Shown: positions 45,395-55,120 of the stretch, in pieces
Layout of the letters: each line of letters opens with the position of its first letter
Numbering within the stretch: position 1 is the first letter of the stretch
Assembly (NCBI GenBank): GCA_035559235.1
Contig: DATMBM010000010.1
Location: forward strand, 20,257-84,256
Reading direction: 5' to 3'
Source of the DNA: Minisyncoccota bacterium
GTDB taxonomy: Bacteria > Patescibacteriota > Minisyncoccia > Phycocordibacterales > UBA2100
DNA length: 64,000 bases
Translations under genes and position numbers: made by a program
The notes under the pieces: model-generated
Told to the model about the DNA's origin: nothing
Database searches by the model: none
What the model saw: the letters and a program-made list of their open reading frames with translations, nothing else

Positions 45395-45673
45395 TTAACG
45401 AGCACGTCCGATCCCCCCGAAGACGCCGATCGTCGCATCCACGGTGGATTTCGCGGCATTGAGATCGAACACGTCGGCACTGTGCGTGGCGCATTCAACG
45501 CCCATTGATTCGATCGTGCGCTTTGCGTTCTCGAGGCGTGGGATCGATACGTCGCACAGCATAATCTTCATGCCCGTGCGCGCCAGTGCTTCAGCACAAC
45601 CGAAGCCGATACCCGGACGGCCTTCTTCAAGGCCAGATCCTGTAACGAGCGCAACGTTTCCTTTGAGTTCCAT
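45395..45673 (-). pseudogene. N-terminal fragment of a short-chain dehydrogenase/reductase (Rossmann fold only)
   Basis: KGNVALVTGSG...GIGFGCAEALARTG (TGxxxGIG). It ends at ...FGGIGRAR*, exactly where the SDR NNAG motif would follow. No continuation in any frame. Confidence 0.4.
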
Positions 45674-45774
45674 GGTAGATGCTCCTATAGGTTTTCCCCA
45701 GCGGCACTATACCTACATTGCCACTCACACGCAATGAAGAGGGCGGGAACCCTGGTGGTTCCCGCCCGACGCGC

Positions 45775-46464
45775 CTACGCGCGATGTTGTGCAATAAGAT
45801 CTTTCACGGCAGTCTTGAACTCCGGCAATTTTTCCTTGATGTCGAAGATGCCGCGGAGGATTGTGCCGACCGGTTCCGGATCGCCGGGCGGAGGTTCGAA
45901 GATCACCACGTCGGCAGCCCTTTGATCTGGATGGCACACATCCGATTGCTCGCCGACGAGACGGATTTTGCCAAAAAGCCCCAGCTCCTCCAAGATATGT
46001 TCGCCATGCCCGATGCATCGTGAGATGAACGGTGGATCGGCGACTAGGACGATTTCGCTGATGCCCGCATCCCGGCAAAATGGAATGGCGTACCGAAGTT
46101 CGCCAATCGTGTTCTTGGGCTCGAGCATCGGCTTCGCAATCCGCCGGATCCGGTTCTTGAGGCGCCACCGATTGAGCTTCGATAGACGCTCAAGTCCGTC
46201 AAATTCGAAGAGCTTAGAGAAGTTGTCCAGTATGTACTGGATCGTGTACTCCGATTCCTTGAGTTCACGCCCGCGATACTCTTTCGATGTTGCACCAGAC
46301 CCAAAGAGCAAGTGTGATGCGTGCGGATACTTATCAGCGTACAGCTGAATCGCCCGTGAGGCACGACCGAGTAGTTTCGGCGGTTTGCCGAAAATCATGT
46401 CTTCCCAATCTTTCGCGCGGAGCGACAGACCATGTGCCACAAGCGCCGTCTCTCTAGTAGGCAT
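45775..46464 (-). CDS. DUF218 (YdcF/ElyC/SanA-like) domain protein
   Basis: The pattern HASHLLFSGGATS ... NTIGELRYA ... EIVLVADPPFISRC fits DUF218 (SGG..., NT.eN, lVTs.fHm.R) from memory. Start chosen at MPTRETALVAHG. Confidence 0.45.
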   Translation of the reverse strand: MPTRETALVAHGLSLRAKDWEDMIFGKPPKLLGRASRAIQLYADKYPHASHLLFGSGATSKEYRGRELKESEYTIQYILDNFSKLFEFDGLERLSKLNRWRLKNRIRRIAKPMLEPKNTIGELRYAIPFCRDAGISEIVLVADPPFISRCIGHGEHILEELGLFGKIRLVGEQSDVCHPDQRAADVVIFEPPPGDPEPVGTILRGIFDIKEKLPEFKTAVKDLIAQHRA

Positions 46465-46542
46465 TTCGCATTCTCCGTAATGTCGCCTGACGAGGTTCGA
46501 CAGGACTTGCGGCACCCTATCACGTGAGATTGCTGCAGGCAA

Positions 46543-48267
46543 TTACGACGCCTTTTCAGCGTAGGCGATGCGTGCAGGGCTTTTCCAGCGACCGTCGGCA
46601 CTCGGGGGCACGAAAAGACCGGTGATCATGGTGCGCATGAACACAATGGCCTCAAGGTAGCGAAGCGGGAAGAATCCGAAGGCGTACACGAGAAGCAATG
46701 GCTTCCGTTCAAGCACAGTGATGAAAATGGTTATTAGGTAGTCGAGAACGAACACGGATACGATAATCGTGTAGAGGGTCATATTGGATACAAGGAATTC
46801 TCCCGGGATCGGAGCGTCAAAGATTTTGGTTGCGCCGTACAGCAAGAGGAGGAAGGGAAGAGCAAGCGATATGAGCGATGCAATGATGAGTTCGACCGCG
46901 AAAATCGCCATGGTCGTCCAAAAAAAGCTGAACCAAATGCCGTGTCTCCGTACGGTCTGCCAGAACCCGAGGTACCAGCGACTGATCTGTCGGTGAAAAT
47001 CGTGGAGGGAATATGGCTCCTGATCGATGACAATCGCGTACGGGCAATAAGCAATCTTACCCAGGCGCTTATGATGCACTTCGAACGTCATGTTGAAATC
47101 CTCGATGATGAGATCGGGAACATCGATATCGATTTTTCGCAGTACGCTCGTGCGGTAGATGCTGCTGCCCCCCGGAATAATCGGTGTTACGTTCATCGGG
47201 CGCCATGTCTGGCCGTACCGGATCGTAAATTGAAGTACGCGCCATAGTTGGACTCGGTACGCCGTAAAAAGCATGTCCCAGCGCGGAAGATAGTGTGTAG
47301 GCCAGTGCGGCACGGCGCGGCCGACAATTGCCGCCGTCTCGGGGTCGTCGAACTGCGGGAGCGTCCGTTTGAAATAATCAGGAGCGATTTTGAGATCGGC
47401 ATCCATGATGAGAACCGCCTTGTAGCGTTCGTACAAATTATGCGTTTTCAGCATATAGGTAAGCGCTCGTGCTTTGCCTCGGTTTGGCTGGATATCTTCG
47501 GCTGTACACCCGAGTGACCGGGCGATTTTGACCGTATCATCCGTTGAACCGTCGCTCGCGATATAAATGTGTTTCGCGGACGTGTTTTGGAGAATCGACA
47601 TGACAGTGCTTTCGATCGTAAGTGCTTCATTGTGCGCCGCTATAAGGACGGCAACTTCTTCAGGCTGAACACGGGCCGCTTTCGCTTTCGCCTTACGCGC
47701 GCTTGCTCGTTCGCGCTCAAGCGCGTTTAAGGCATATGCCATGTGGCCGCCGAGAAACGACGCGAGGACTGTGACAATGATCCACACACCTTCCCAAAAC
47801 AAGGCCTCACCGGTAAAAACGAACTCAATCCCGGCGAGAACCAAGAGCACAATGCCTGATACGATTGAACCGAATCCGACAAGCCCGGCGACCGCATACG
47901 GATTGTCGATATAGATGCGCGTCGCAAGATAGCTGCCAAGCGTCGTGCAACCGAGCCAGATGATGAGAAGGGCGAGGGCAAGTGAGAGAAATGTCTCTTC
48001 GGTCGTAAGCATCGCGTCGAACGGGCCGAACGTCAAAAGGAAAAGGAGAAAAAGCGAAAGACTAACGCCAACTCCACCGAGGCATGCGACCGTGAGATGC
48101 AAGAGGGATCGCCCATGGTGCGATTCTCGCAATTCATGAATGGTCTCGAAGACAAATCGAAGGCACCCCATGAGGATCCAAAACGGGTAGCTGATGCCGA
48201 ACATCTGGAAAACCCCGAACATACGGCTATCCTGCGAGTTGCGCAGACAAAACGCAAACCGGCGCAC
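46543..48267 (-). CDS. processive family-2 glycosyltransferase (cellulose/chitin-synthase-like) with N- and C-terminal TM domains
   Basis: GT2 core (VAVLIAAHNEALTIESTV, IASDGSTDDT, IMDADL) and the QxxRW motif (QISRWYLGFWQ). Multiple TM helices on both sides. Confidence 0.75.
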   Translation of the reverse strand: MRRFAFCLRNSQDSRMFGVFQMFGISYPFWILMGCLRFVFETIHELRESHHGRSLLHLTVACLGGVGVSLSLFLLFLLTFGPFDAMLTTEETFLSLALALLIIWLGCTTLGSYLATRIYIDNPYAVAGLVGFGSIVSGIVLLVLAGIEFVFTGEALFWEGVWIIVTVLASFLGGHMAYALNALERERASARKAKAKAARVQPEEVAVLIAAHNEALTIESTVMSILQNTSAKHIYIASDGSTDDTVKIARSLGCTAEDIQPNRGKARALTYMLKTHNLYERYKAVLIMDADLKIAPDYFKRTLPQFDDPETAAIVGRAVPHWPTHYLPRWDMLFTAYRVQLWRVLQFTIRYGQTWRPMNVTPIIPGGSSIYRTSVLRKIDIDVPDLIIEDFNMTFEVHHKRLGKIAYCPYAIVIDQEPYSLHDFHRQISRWYLGFWQTVRRHGIWFSFFWTTMAIFAVELIIASLISLALPFLLLLYGATKIFDAPIPGEFLVSNMTLYTIIVSVFVLDYLITIFITVLERKPLLLVYAFGFFPLRYLEAIVFMRTMITGLFVPPSADGRWKSPARIAYAEKAS

Positions 48268-48300
48268 CTGCGCGCAACAACCTCCGGGGGTTGTTGATTT

Positions 48301-49329
48301 TCATACGACTGGGGCAAGTTTGATTGCCGGGGCGTCTTCAAGCACTTCTTCACGAGTCCGTTCGTCAGAAGCTTGCGCGACTACTGAGCTTACTGTCTCA
48401 ATGTGAAGGCCGATCATCTTCTGCAGGCCAATCGTAATTTCGACCTCTTGTTGCCAGCCGAGCTGTTTGGCTTTCTCAATCGACGGCTTGCGGTGCCGAT
48501 GATCCTCAATAAAGTGCGGCACGTACTCAATGCCCTCGTCGTGCGAAGTCAATTCGATGACGAGTTCGGCAAGCTCGCGCACCGTCATCGGATGCTCGCT
48601 GCCGATGTTGTACGCCTCGCCGGGGAGGCCTTTGTCCATGACCAACCGAATCCCGCGCACGAGGTCGTCGACATACAGGTGTGTGCGCGTTTGCGAGCCG
48701 TCGCCGTAGACGCGCAGCGGCTCCTTCCGCAGGACGCTCGAAATGAACTGCGGGATGACCCGTCGGTCCGAAAGCGACATGCCGGGGCCGTAGGTATTGA
48801 AGACGCGCACGACTCGCGCGTCGAGTCCGTGGTAGCGGACGTACGCCGCCAAGCAGCTTTCCGAAAAACGCTTACCTTCCTCATAGGCGCTCCTGATTCC
48901 CATCGGGTGCACGTTGCCGGTATAGTCCTCATCTTGAGGCGTTCGCTCAGGCTGTCCGTAAATTTCCGCGGTTGATGTGAACACCATCTTTGCCTCATGT
49001 TGCTTGGCGAGTTCCAACACGTTGAACATACCGTACGAGCACGCATGCAGCATCTCTGTGGCAAGGCGTGTCAGGTTCGGGACGCCCGTCGGGCAGGCGA
49101 GGTGGTAGATGTAATCGAGCCGCGTCGGGAATAATTGCGCGAGCGCTGGATTCGCGATGTCGAACTCGTAAAAAATAAAGTTGTCGTGCTGCGAGAGCGC
49201 AGCAACATTGTTTCGGTTGCCGGTGACAAGATTGTCGACGCAGTGGACGATGTGTCCTTCGTCGAGTAGTGATTTGCAAAGGTTGGAGCCGATGAATCCG
49301 GCCCCTCCGGTGACAAGGATAGATGCCAT
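48301..49329 (-). CDS. NAD-dependent epimerase/dehydratase, UDP-glucuronate decarboxylase (UXS)-like
   Basis: ILVTGGAGFIGSNL (Rossmann) and catalytic YEEGKRFSE (YxxxK). Start chosen at MASILVTGG. The upstream part of the track ORF is Arg/Gly-rich. Confidence 0.8.
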   Translation of the reverse strand: MASILVTGGAGFIGSNLCKSLLDEGHIVHCVDNLVTGNRNNVAALSQHDNFIFYEFDIANPALAQLFPTRLDYIYHLACPTGVPNLTRLATEMLHACSYGMFNVLELAKQHEAKMVFTSTAEIYGQPERTPQDEDYTGNVHPMGIRSAYEEGKRFSESCLAAYVRYHGLDARVVRVFNTYGPGMSLSDRRVIPQFISSVLRKEPLRVYGDGSQTRTHLYVDDLVRGIRLVMDKGLPGEAYNIGSEHPMTVRELAELVIELTSHDEGIEYVPHFIEDHRHRKPSIEKAKQLGWQQEVEITIGLQKMIGLHIETVSSVVAQASDERTREEVLEDAPAIKLAPVV

Positions 49330-49594
49330 AGTGGACGTATCCGGATGTCCCGATCCGCCTCCGCGTGCGCGGCCCCGCAGCATCAACGAGAAATGCGTGT
49401 CACGAGGACGCAGATTCTCGTACAGTGCTGTATCGGATTGCTTGGCTGATTCCCCCATATCATTCTAGTCGAAACTCGTCTAAAAGTCTTGCGCGCGCGG
49501 TGTGGATAGTCTCACTGTGTGGGTACCATCATGATGACGTAATGAACGCGCGCCAATAGCGGCGGATGGACAGAAATGCGGTATCATTGCATGT

Positions 49595-52312
49595 GTGAAT
49601 ACGTGGTACACGAAATCGATACCCGCGGTGCTTGAGGCGCTTCGAACGGCCGAGACAGGATTGACTGAGGACGAAGCGCGGCGGCGCCTCCAAGAGGCGG
49701 GACCAAACACGTTGCCCGAGCCGGAAGTAGAAAGTTATGTCGCGATATTCCTCCGGCAATTCAAAAGCCCGCTCATCTACATTCTTTTTGCCGCGGCGCT
49801 TTGCGTGTATTGGCTTGGTGACACCGCGGACTCGCTCGTGATCCTCGCGGTCCTCCTTTTCAATGCAGTTGTCGGTGCCATCCAGGAGGGGCGTGCGCAA
49901 AACACGCTGCGGGCGCTGCGCTCGTTTTCCGAAACGACGGCGACGGTGCTGCGCCTTGCCGGCAAGGGAGGATCTGCGGAAGAAAAAATCATTTCCGACG
50001 CAGGCGTTGTCCCGGGTGACATCATCATCCTGCGTGAAGGGGAAAAGGTTCCGGCGGATGCGCGCGTGATCGTCGCGCGCAACCTTGCCACGGACGAAGC
50101 GGCGCTTACCGGCGAGAGCGAGCCGGTCGTCAAAGGGACTGCGCCGCTTCTCAAGCCCGATCTACCCGTCGCCGAACAAAAGGCGATGGTGTTCAAAGGC
50201 ACTCATATCGTCGCCGGCTTCGGACACGCTGTCGTCGTCGCGACGGGGTCGCGCACGGAAATCGGCGCGATCGCACGCGAAATTTCCGGTGTGAAGGACG
50301 AGATCCCGCTGCAGCGGGACATACGAAAACTCTCGCGGGTCATCATCGGCGTCGTCGTCGCGATGAGCGTCATCCTCTTTTTTATCGGGCGGGCGATCGG
50401 CCACAGCGCGCAAGAGATGTTTGCGACCGTCGTGACGCTTTCGGTGTCCGTCATCCCTGAGGGACTTCCGGTCGTCATGACGATCGTGCTTGCGACGGGC
50501 GTGTGGCGTATGTCGAAGCGCAACGCCCTCGTCAAACGATTGCAGGCAGTCGAAGCGCTTGGCCAGGCGCGCGTCATCGCGACGGATAAGACCGGCACAA
50601 TTACCAAAAATGAAATGGTCGTGCAGCGCGTCTATGCCGGCGGCGAGACGTACGACGTCTCCGGCGTCGGGTACGAGCCTGAGGGAGCCGTCCATAAAGA
50701 CGGCGTCCGCATCGCCGCGAGCGAGCACGCCGATCTCCTCGAGGCGGCGCGCATCGCCGCCCTCGCCGCGAGCGCGCGCATCATCTATTCGGAAGAAGAA
50801 CGGCGCTGGTCCGTCGCTGGTGATCCGACCGAGGCGGCGCTCCAGGTGTTTGCACGCAAAGCGCAGCTCAGTCGCGACGAACTGGAAGCCGAGCATCCGC
50901 TCCTTGCTGAAATCCCGTTCGATTCATCCCGCAAGTACAAGGCGATGCTCCACAAGGACAAGCGCGGCGGACGGCTGTCGGTCGTCGGCGCGCCTGAGGT
51001 GGTGCTGACGCTTTCCTCATCCGTCGTGCGCGCGGGTAAGAAAATGGCGCTCACGAAGGCGATGCGAGAGGAGATCGAGGGCACCATTCAGCATTTCTCG
51101 CGCCAGGGACTGCGCGTCGTCGCGCTCGCGCGCGCGAATGCAGCGGCAACGAACACGCTGGCCGAAAACGACATCCACGGACTCACCTTTGTCGCGCTCA
51201 TCGGCATGAAGGACGGGCTTCGCGAGGGCGTGCACGACGCGCTCGCGCAAGCGCGCGACGCCGGGCTTCGCGTCGTCATGATTACGGGCGATCATGCCGT
51301 GACCGCGCGCGCGATAGCGCAGGAAGCCGGCATTTTCAAAGTGGGCGAGAAAACGCTGACCGGCGACGAGATCGATTCTCTTTCCGACGAAGAGCTCGCG
51401 CGCGCCGTTGAGCGCGTCTCGGTGTTCGCACGAGTGACACCCGCACACAAATTACGCATCGTGAGCGCGTACAAGGCGCGCGGCGAAATCATCGCGATGA
51501 CGGGAGATGGGGTGAATGACGCGCCGTCGCTGGTCGCCGCGGACCTCGGCGTCGGTATGGGGAAGATCGGCACGGAAGTCGCGAAGGAAGCATCTGATAT
51601 TGTCCTCCTCGACGATAATTTCTATTCGATCGTCGCGGCCATCGAAGAAGGCCGCAACATTTACAAGACCATCAAGAAGGTCATTTTGTATTTGTTTTCG
51701 ACATCGGTGGGCGAGGTGCTCACCATCGCAGGCGCGCTGTTCGTGTCGCTGCCTTTGCCGCTTTTGCCTGCGCAAATCATCTGGCTCAATCTTGTGACAG
51801 ATGGTTTCTTGACTATCGCGCTCGGCATGGAGCCGAAGGATCAGAACCTGCTGTCGGAAGAGTTTGGCAAGGCGGAACGGTCGCTTGTCGATCGCCTCAC
51901 GTTTACGCGCATGGTGGTGATGGGCGTGCCGATGGCGCTCGGCACACTTTTCCTTTTCAGCCTGTACCTCGACGACATGGCGAAGGCGCTCACAGTTTCT
52001 CTCACGGCGCTTGCCGTCTTCCAGTGGGTGAACGCGTGGAACTGCAGGAGTGAGAAAGAATCGGTGTTTACGACAAATCCGATTTCCAATATCTACCTCG
52101 TCGCGGCGCTCTTTGTGGTGATCGCACTGCAACTGGTCGCTGTCTATAATCCGTTTGCGCAAACGCTTCTCCACACGACGGCGCTCACGTGGTTCGACTG
52201 GCTCCTCATCGTCCCCGTCGCATTTACGGTGCTCTTTGCCGAGGAAGCGCGCAAATGGATCACGCGCCGCGTTGATTCCATTGCCATTCCGGGTGTGTTG
52301 GCACGGTCTTAA
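49595..52312 (+). CDS. P-type cation-transporting ATPase (type II, Ca2+/Mg2+-like)
   Basis: Phosphorylation site DKTGTITKN, hinge GDGVNDAPSL, TGES-like TGESEPV, and 10 predicted TM. GTG start. Confidence 0.9.
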   Translation: MNTWYTKSIPAVLEALRTAETGLTEDEARRRLQEAGPNTLPEPEVESYVAIFLRQFKSPLIYILFAAALCVYWLGDTADSLVILAVLLFNAVVGAIQEGRAQNTLRALRSFSETTATVLRLAGKGGSAEEKIISDAGVVPGDIIILREGEKVPADARVIVARNLATDEAALTGESEPVVKGTAPLLKPDLPVAEQKAMVFKGTHIVAGFGHAVVVATGSRTEIGAIAREISGVKDEIPLQRDIRKLSRVIIGVVVAMSVILFFIGRAIGHSAQEMFATVVTLSVSVIPEGLPVVMTIVLATGVWRMSKRNALVKRLQAVEALGQARVIATDKTGTITKNEMVVQRVYAGGETYDVSGVGYEPEGAVHKDGVRIAASEHADLLEAARIAALAASARIIYSEEERRWSVAGDPTEAALQVFARKAQLSRDELEAEHPLLAEIPFDSSRKYKAMLHKDKRGGRLSVVGAPEVVLTLSSSVVRAGKKMALTKAMREEIEGTIQHFSRQGLRVVALARANAAATNTLAENDIHGLTFVALIGMKDGLREGVHDALAQARDAGLRVVMITGDHAVTARAIAQEAGIFKVGEKTLTGDEIDSLSDEELARAVERVSVFARVTPAHKLRIVSAYKARGEIIAMTGDGVNDAPSLVAADLGVGMGKIGTEVAKEASDIVLLDDNFYSIVAAIEEGRNIYKTIKKVILYLFSTSVGEVLTIAGALFVSLPLPLLPAQIIWLNLVTDGFLTIALGMEPKDQNLLSEEFGKAERSLVDRLTFTRMVVMGVPMALGTLFLFSLYLDDMAKALTVSLTALAVFQWVNAWNCRSEKESVFTTNPISNIYLVAALFVVIALQLVAVYNPFAQTLLHTTALTWFDWLLIVPVAFTVLFAEEARKWITRRVDSIAIPGVLARS

Positions 52313-52468
52313 TTGTTCTTTCATACGGCGCTGCTAGCATCAGATGCGAGTCGACGTTAGCAGAAGCTAATACCGTCCTCGTTATGGATAACGAAAACGA
52401 CGGCCGCAGCGACCAAGGTGAAGACCAGACGTAGCTGCGCCTCGACAGCCTGAACATACGCGCCCGTT

Positions 52469-52497
52469 GCCACAGCGCCCCTTCGGGGCGTTGTGGC
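52469..52497. other. very stable GC-rich hairpin (12-13 bp stem, UUCG-containing loop) in a 277-nt intergenic region
   Basis: GCCACAGCGCCCC-TTCG-GGGCGTTGTGGC with one G-U wobble. No flanking T-run on either strand. Confidence 0.5.
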
Positions 52498-52588
52498 ACA
52501 GTATCGTGAGGCGCATCTACGGCTGGCTCCGCGCTCGGCAGTTTGATACAATCTTCGTATACGCGTACGACTCTCAATCGGAATTCTT

Positions 52589-53221
52589 GTGTGCCTGCTT
52601 CTGGTACCTGTGCTGAGCGCGGCGCAGGAGCTGCGCATCGTCGAGGGCCCGTCGGTCACAGTCGATGATCCGGAAGCGTACCGGGCGTACTACGGCAAGC
52701 TCGCGGGCGAAGAGCATGTGTACCACATCGAGTCGGCAGACCCGTTCCGTCTTTCTGTCGTGATTTTGACGCCGAACGTCGAAGGGGCACGCACCGATTT
52801 TTCCGCCGCCGTGTACGACAAGATCGACACTGACGAGCCGGTGATCGTACTCGACGGGACGGTATCCGAATGGCAGTGGTTCTTCGATACTGCGGGACGC
52901 GATGAATATCTTGCCGGGCCGGTATTGCGGGGCGGTCTCCCACAGGGCGCCTACGAGGTCCGCGTTTCTAATCCCGATAACCAAGGCGCATACGTGCTCG
53001 TCCTCGGCGAAGACAGCTGGTTTTCCAATTCGGGCCTCATCAGCCGCTATAGCGCCCTGCCCACCATCAAGACGGAATTCTTCGGAAAGCCTGCCTCGCA
53101 GGCATACGTGACGCCGCTCCTTATGTGGCCGGTTATTGCGCTCCTGATCGTCATCACAATCATAGTTTTTGCGCTCTACATTGTCCGCAGACGCCGCGCT
53201 CCGGCAGAGATCGCGATATAG
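52589..53221 (+). CDS. hypothetical exported protein with C-terminal TM anchor
   Basis: GTG start. N-terminal hydrophobic segment. C-terminal LLMWPVIALLIVITIIVFALYIVRRRR anchor. Confidence 0.45.
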   Translation: MCLLLVPVLSAAQELRIVEGPSVTVDDPEAYRAYYGKLAGEEHVYHIESADPFRLSVVILTPNVEGARTDFSAAVYDKIDTDEPVIVLDGTVSEWQWFFDTAGRDEYLAGPVLRGGLPQGAYEVRVSNPDNQGAYVLVLGEDSWFSNSGLISRYSALPTIKTEFFGKPASQAYVTPLLMWPVIALLIVITIIVFALYIVRRRRAPAEIAI

Positions 53222-53371
53222 GCACGGCGGCGCTGCGCACTCTTTCACCTCCATTTCACCGGTAAGAACCGATACTGGAAGCGGTCCGCCTCGGCTCGCG
53301 AGGCGAGACGGGTCGAGTTGAGGAGCTTAATCATCGCCCCCGAGCGCAGCGGTGCAACGGGGTACCATAGT

Positions 53372-53599
53372 ATGGTAAAGAAATACCTTGCAAGCCTTTG
53401 GGCTGCTGCGCTCTGGATGTTCGCTGGCGTCGCGAGCGCACAGACGACAAGTCCGACAACGACCGCGACAACGACGCCTGGCGTCCCGGACACGGGAGCA
53501 GGAGACGTCGTCATGAACAGCGTCGTTCTCGGAGCTGTGGCGATCATCGCAATCGGTGCGGCTGCGTACCTCTACTACATGAGGAGCCCGAACGGATAG
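53372..53599 (+). CDS. minimal sortase-substrate-like protein (signal peptide, ~20-aa Thr-rich mature region, VPDTG sorting motif, TM helix, basic tail)
   Basis: MVKKYLASLWAAALWMFAGVASA | QTTSPTTTATTTPG | VPDTG | AGDVVMNSVVLGAVAIIAIGAAAYLYY | MRSPNG. Lies 52 nt upstream of the intact sortase gene. Confidence 0.5.
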   Translation: MVKKYLASLWAAALWMFAGVASAQTTSPTTTATTTPGVPDTGAGDVVMNSVVLGAVAIIAIGAAAYLYYMRSPNG

Positions 53600-53651
53600 T
53601 TGTGCAGAATCGCGGGCGTCTGCGTAAGGCAGACGCCCGCCGGTTGTCTGT

Positions 53652-54269
53652 ATGTATATGATACGTTGGACACTCAACGTCGCACTTGTCGTCATACTCA
53701 CGGCAGCTGCTGCGGTATTTACATTCGTTTTTATCCGCACGTTTTTCTATTTGCCGGACGAGGAAATTCGCGCGCCGCCCGGAGAAACGCTCGAAGAGGC
53801 AGTCGATCCGACGCAGCATCCGGCGCGGCTCGTCATTCCCGCGATTGGCGTCGATGCAGACGTACAACATGTCGGCATCAACGAAGCGGGGAACATGGCG
53901 ACGCCGAGCAATTTTGAAGATGTCGGTTGGTACAAATACGGTGTTGCGCCCGGCGGAAGAGGGAGTGCGGTGATCGCCGGACATGTCGACAACAGCCTCG
54001 GGTTGCCCGGCGTCTTCAAGCGGCTCAATGAACTCAAGTCGGGCGACGATATTTTCGTCGAATCGGCAAGCGGCGAGCGGCAGCACTTCGTCATCGTCTC
54101 AACTCGCTCATATCCCTACGACGACGTGCCGGTCGACGTCGTCTTCAACCCCCAAGGTTCCGCGCGCCTCAATCTCATCACGTGTGAGGGCCGGTGGCTT
54201 TCTGAAAACCGGACATACGACCAACGGCTCGTCGTGTTTGCGCGCCTTGCAAACGAAACCGAAACCTAA
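53652..54269 (+). CDS. sortase (intact paralog)
   Basis: N-terminal TM anchor, then the sortase fold with catalytic His (AGHVD), L-I-T-C catalytic Cys context (NLITCEGRW) and a downstream Arg. Confidence 0.75.
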   Translation: MYMIRWTLNVALVVILTAAAAVFTFVFIRTFFYLPDEEIRAPPGETLEEAVDPTQHPARLVIPAIGVDADVQHVGINEAGNMATPSNFEDVGWYKYGVAPGGRGSAVIAGHVDNSLGLPGVFKRLNELKSGDDIFVESASGERQHFVIVSTRSYPYDDVPVDVVFNPQGSARLNLITCEGRWLSENRTYDQRLVVFARLANETET

Positions 54270-54345
54270 GCCTAAACGATCAGCACGATACATTACAGCA
54301 CGTATTTCATCTCGCCGTCATCTGACGGTACGGTATACTGAGCTC

Positions 54346-55119
54346 ATGCTTAAATACGTCGGTTTTGCGCTCGTCGCGATCATCCTCGTCTTGAGCGGCT
54401 ACCACCTCATCTTGTCGCAACAGCAGCCCGTCCCTTCTGGCGGCGAAGAAATGGCCGTGCGGGGCGAATTTGTGAACTATTTTGAAAATCGCCAAGGGTA
54501 TTACGCGGAGCCCGTTGCGGGCGGAAACTACCCCGGCGTTATCATGGTGCACGAATGGTGGGGTTTGAACGACAACATCGCAGGGATGGCGGAAGAGCTG
54601 GCCGCGCAAGGATATCGCGTACTTGCCGTTGACCTATTTGGCACGGTCGCGGCAACCTCAAGCGAAGCGCAGCGGCAAGTCGCGGCGCTCGACCAGGCGA
54701 AGGCCATCGAAAACATGAAGACCGCTGAGCGATACTTGCGCGACAGGGGATCTCAAAGGATCGCGTCGTTGGGCTGGTGCTTCGGCGGCGCGCAGTCGTT
54801 GCAACTCGCACTCTCGGAAAGCGAGGAACTCGATGCGACGGTGATTTACTACGGCACGCTGACGGACGATCGCAATCGACTCCAAAATATCTCGTGGCCG
54901 GTGCTTGGGGTCTTTGGCGCGGAGGACCAGTCGATTTCAACTTCGTCAGTGACGGCATTTGAAAACGCGCTCAACGAGCTGGGAATCGAAAATGAAATAT
55001 ACGTCTATCCGGGAGTCGGTCATGCGTTCGCCAACCCGTCGAACCCGAACTACGCGCCGCGCGAGACGGCCGATGCGTGGGCGAAGACCTTGGCATTTCT
55101 TGAGCAGCATTTGAAGTAA
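54346..55119 (+). CDS. dienelactone hydrolase family protein (membrane-anchored)
   Basis: GVIMVHEWWGLN, nucleophile elbow GWCFGG and GHAF (His). N-terminal anchor MLKYVGFALVAIILVL. Confidence 0.75.
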   Translation: MLKYVGFALVAIILVLSGYHLILSQQQPVPSGGEEMAVRGEFVNYFENRQGYYAEPVAGGNYPGVIMVHEWWGLNDNIAGMAEELAAQGYRVLAVDLFGTVAATSSEAQRQVAALDQAKAIENMKTAERYLRDRGSQRIASLGWCFGGAQSLQLALSESEELDATVIYYGTLTDDRNRLQNISWPVLGVFGAEDQSISTSSVTAFENALNELGIENEIYVYPGVGHAFANPSNPNYAPRETADAWAKTLAFLEQHLK

Positions 55120-55120
55120 C

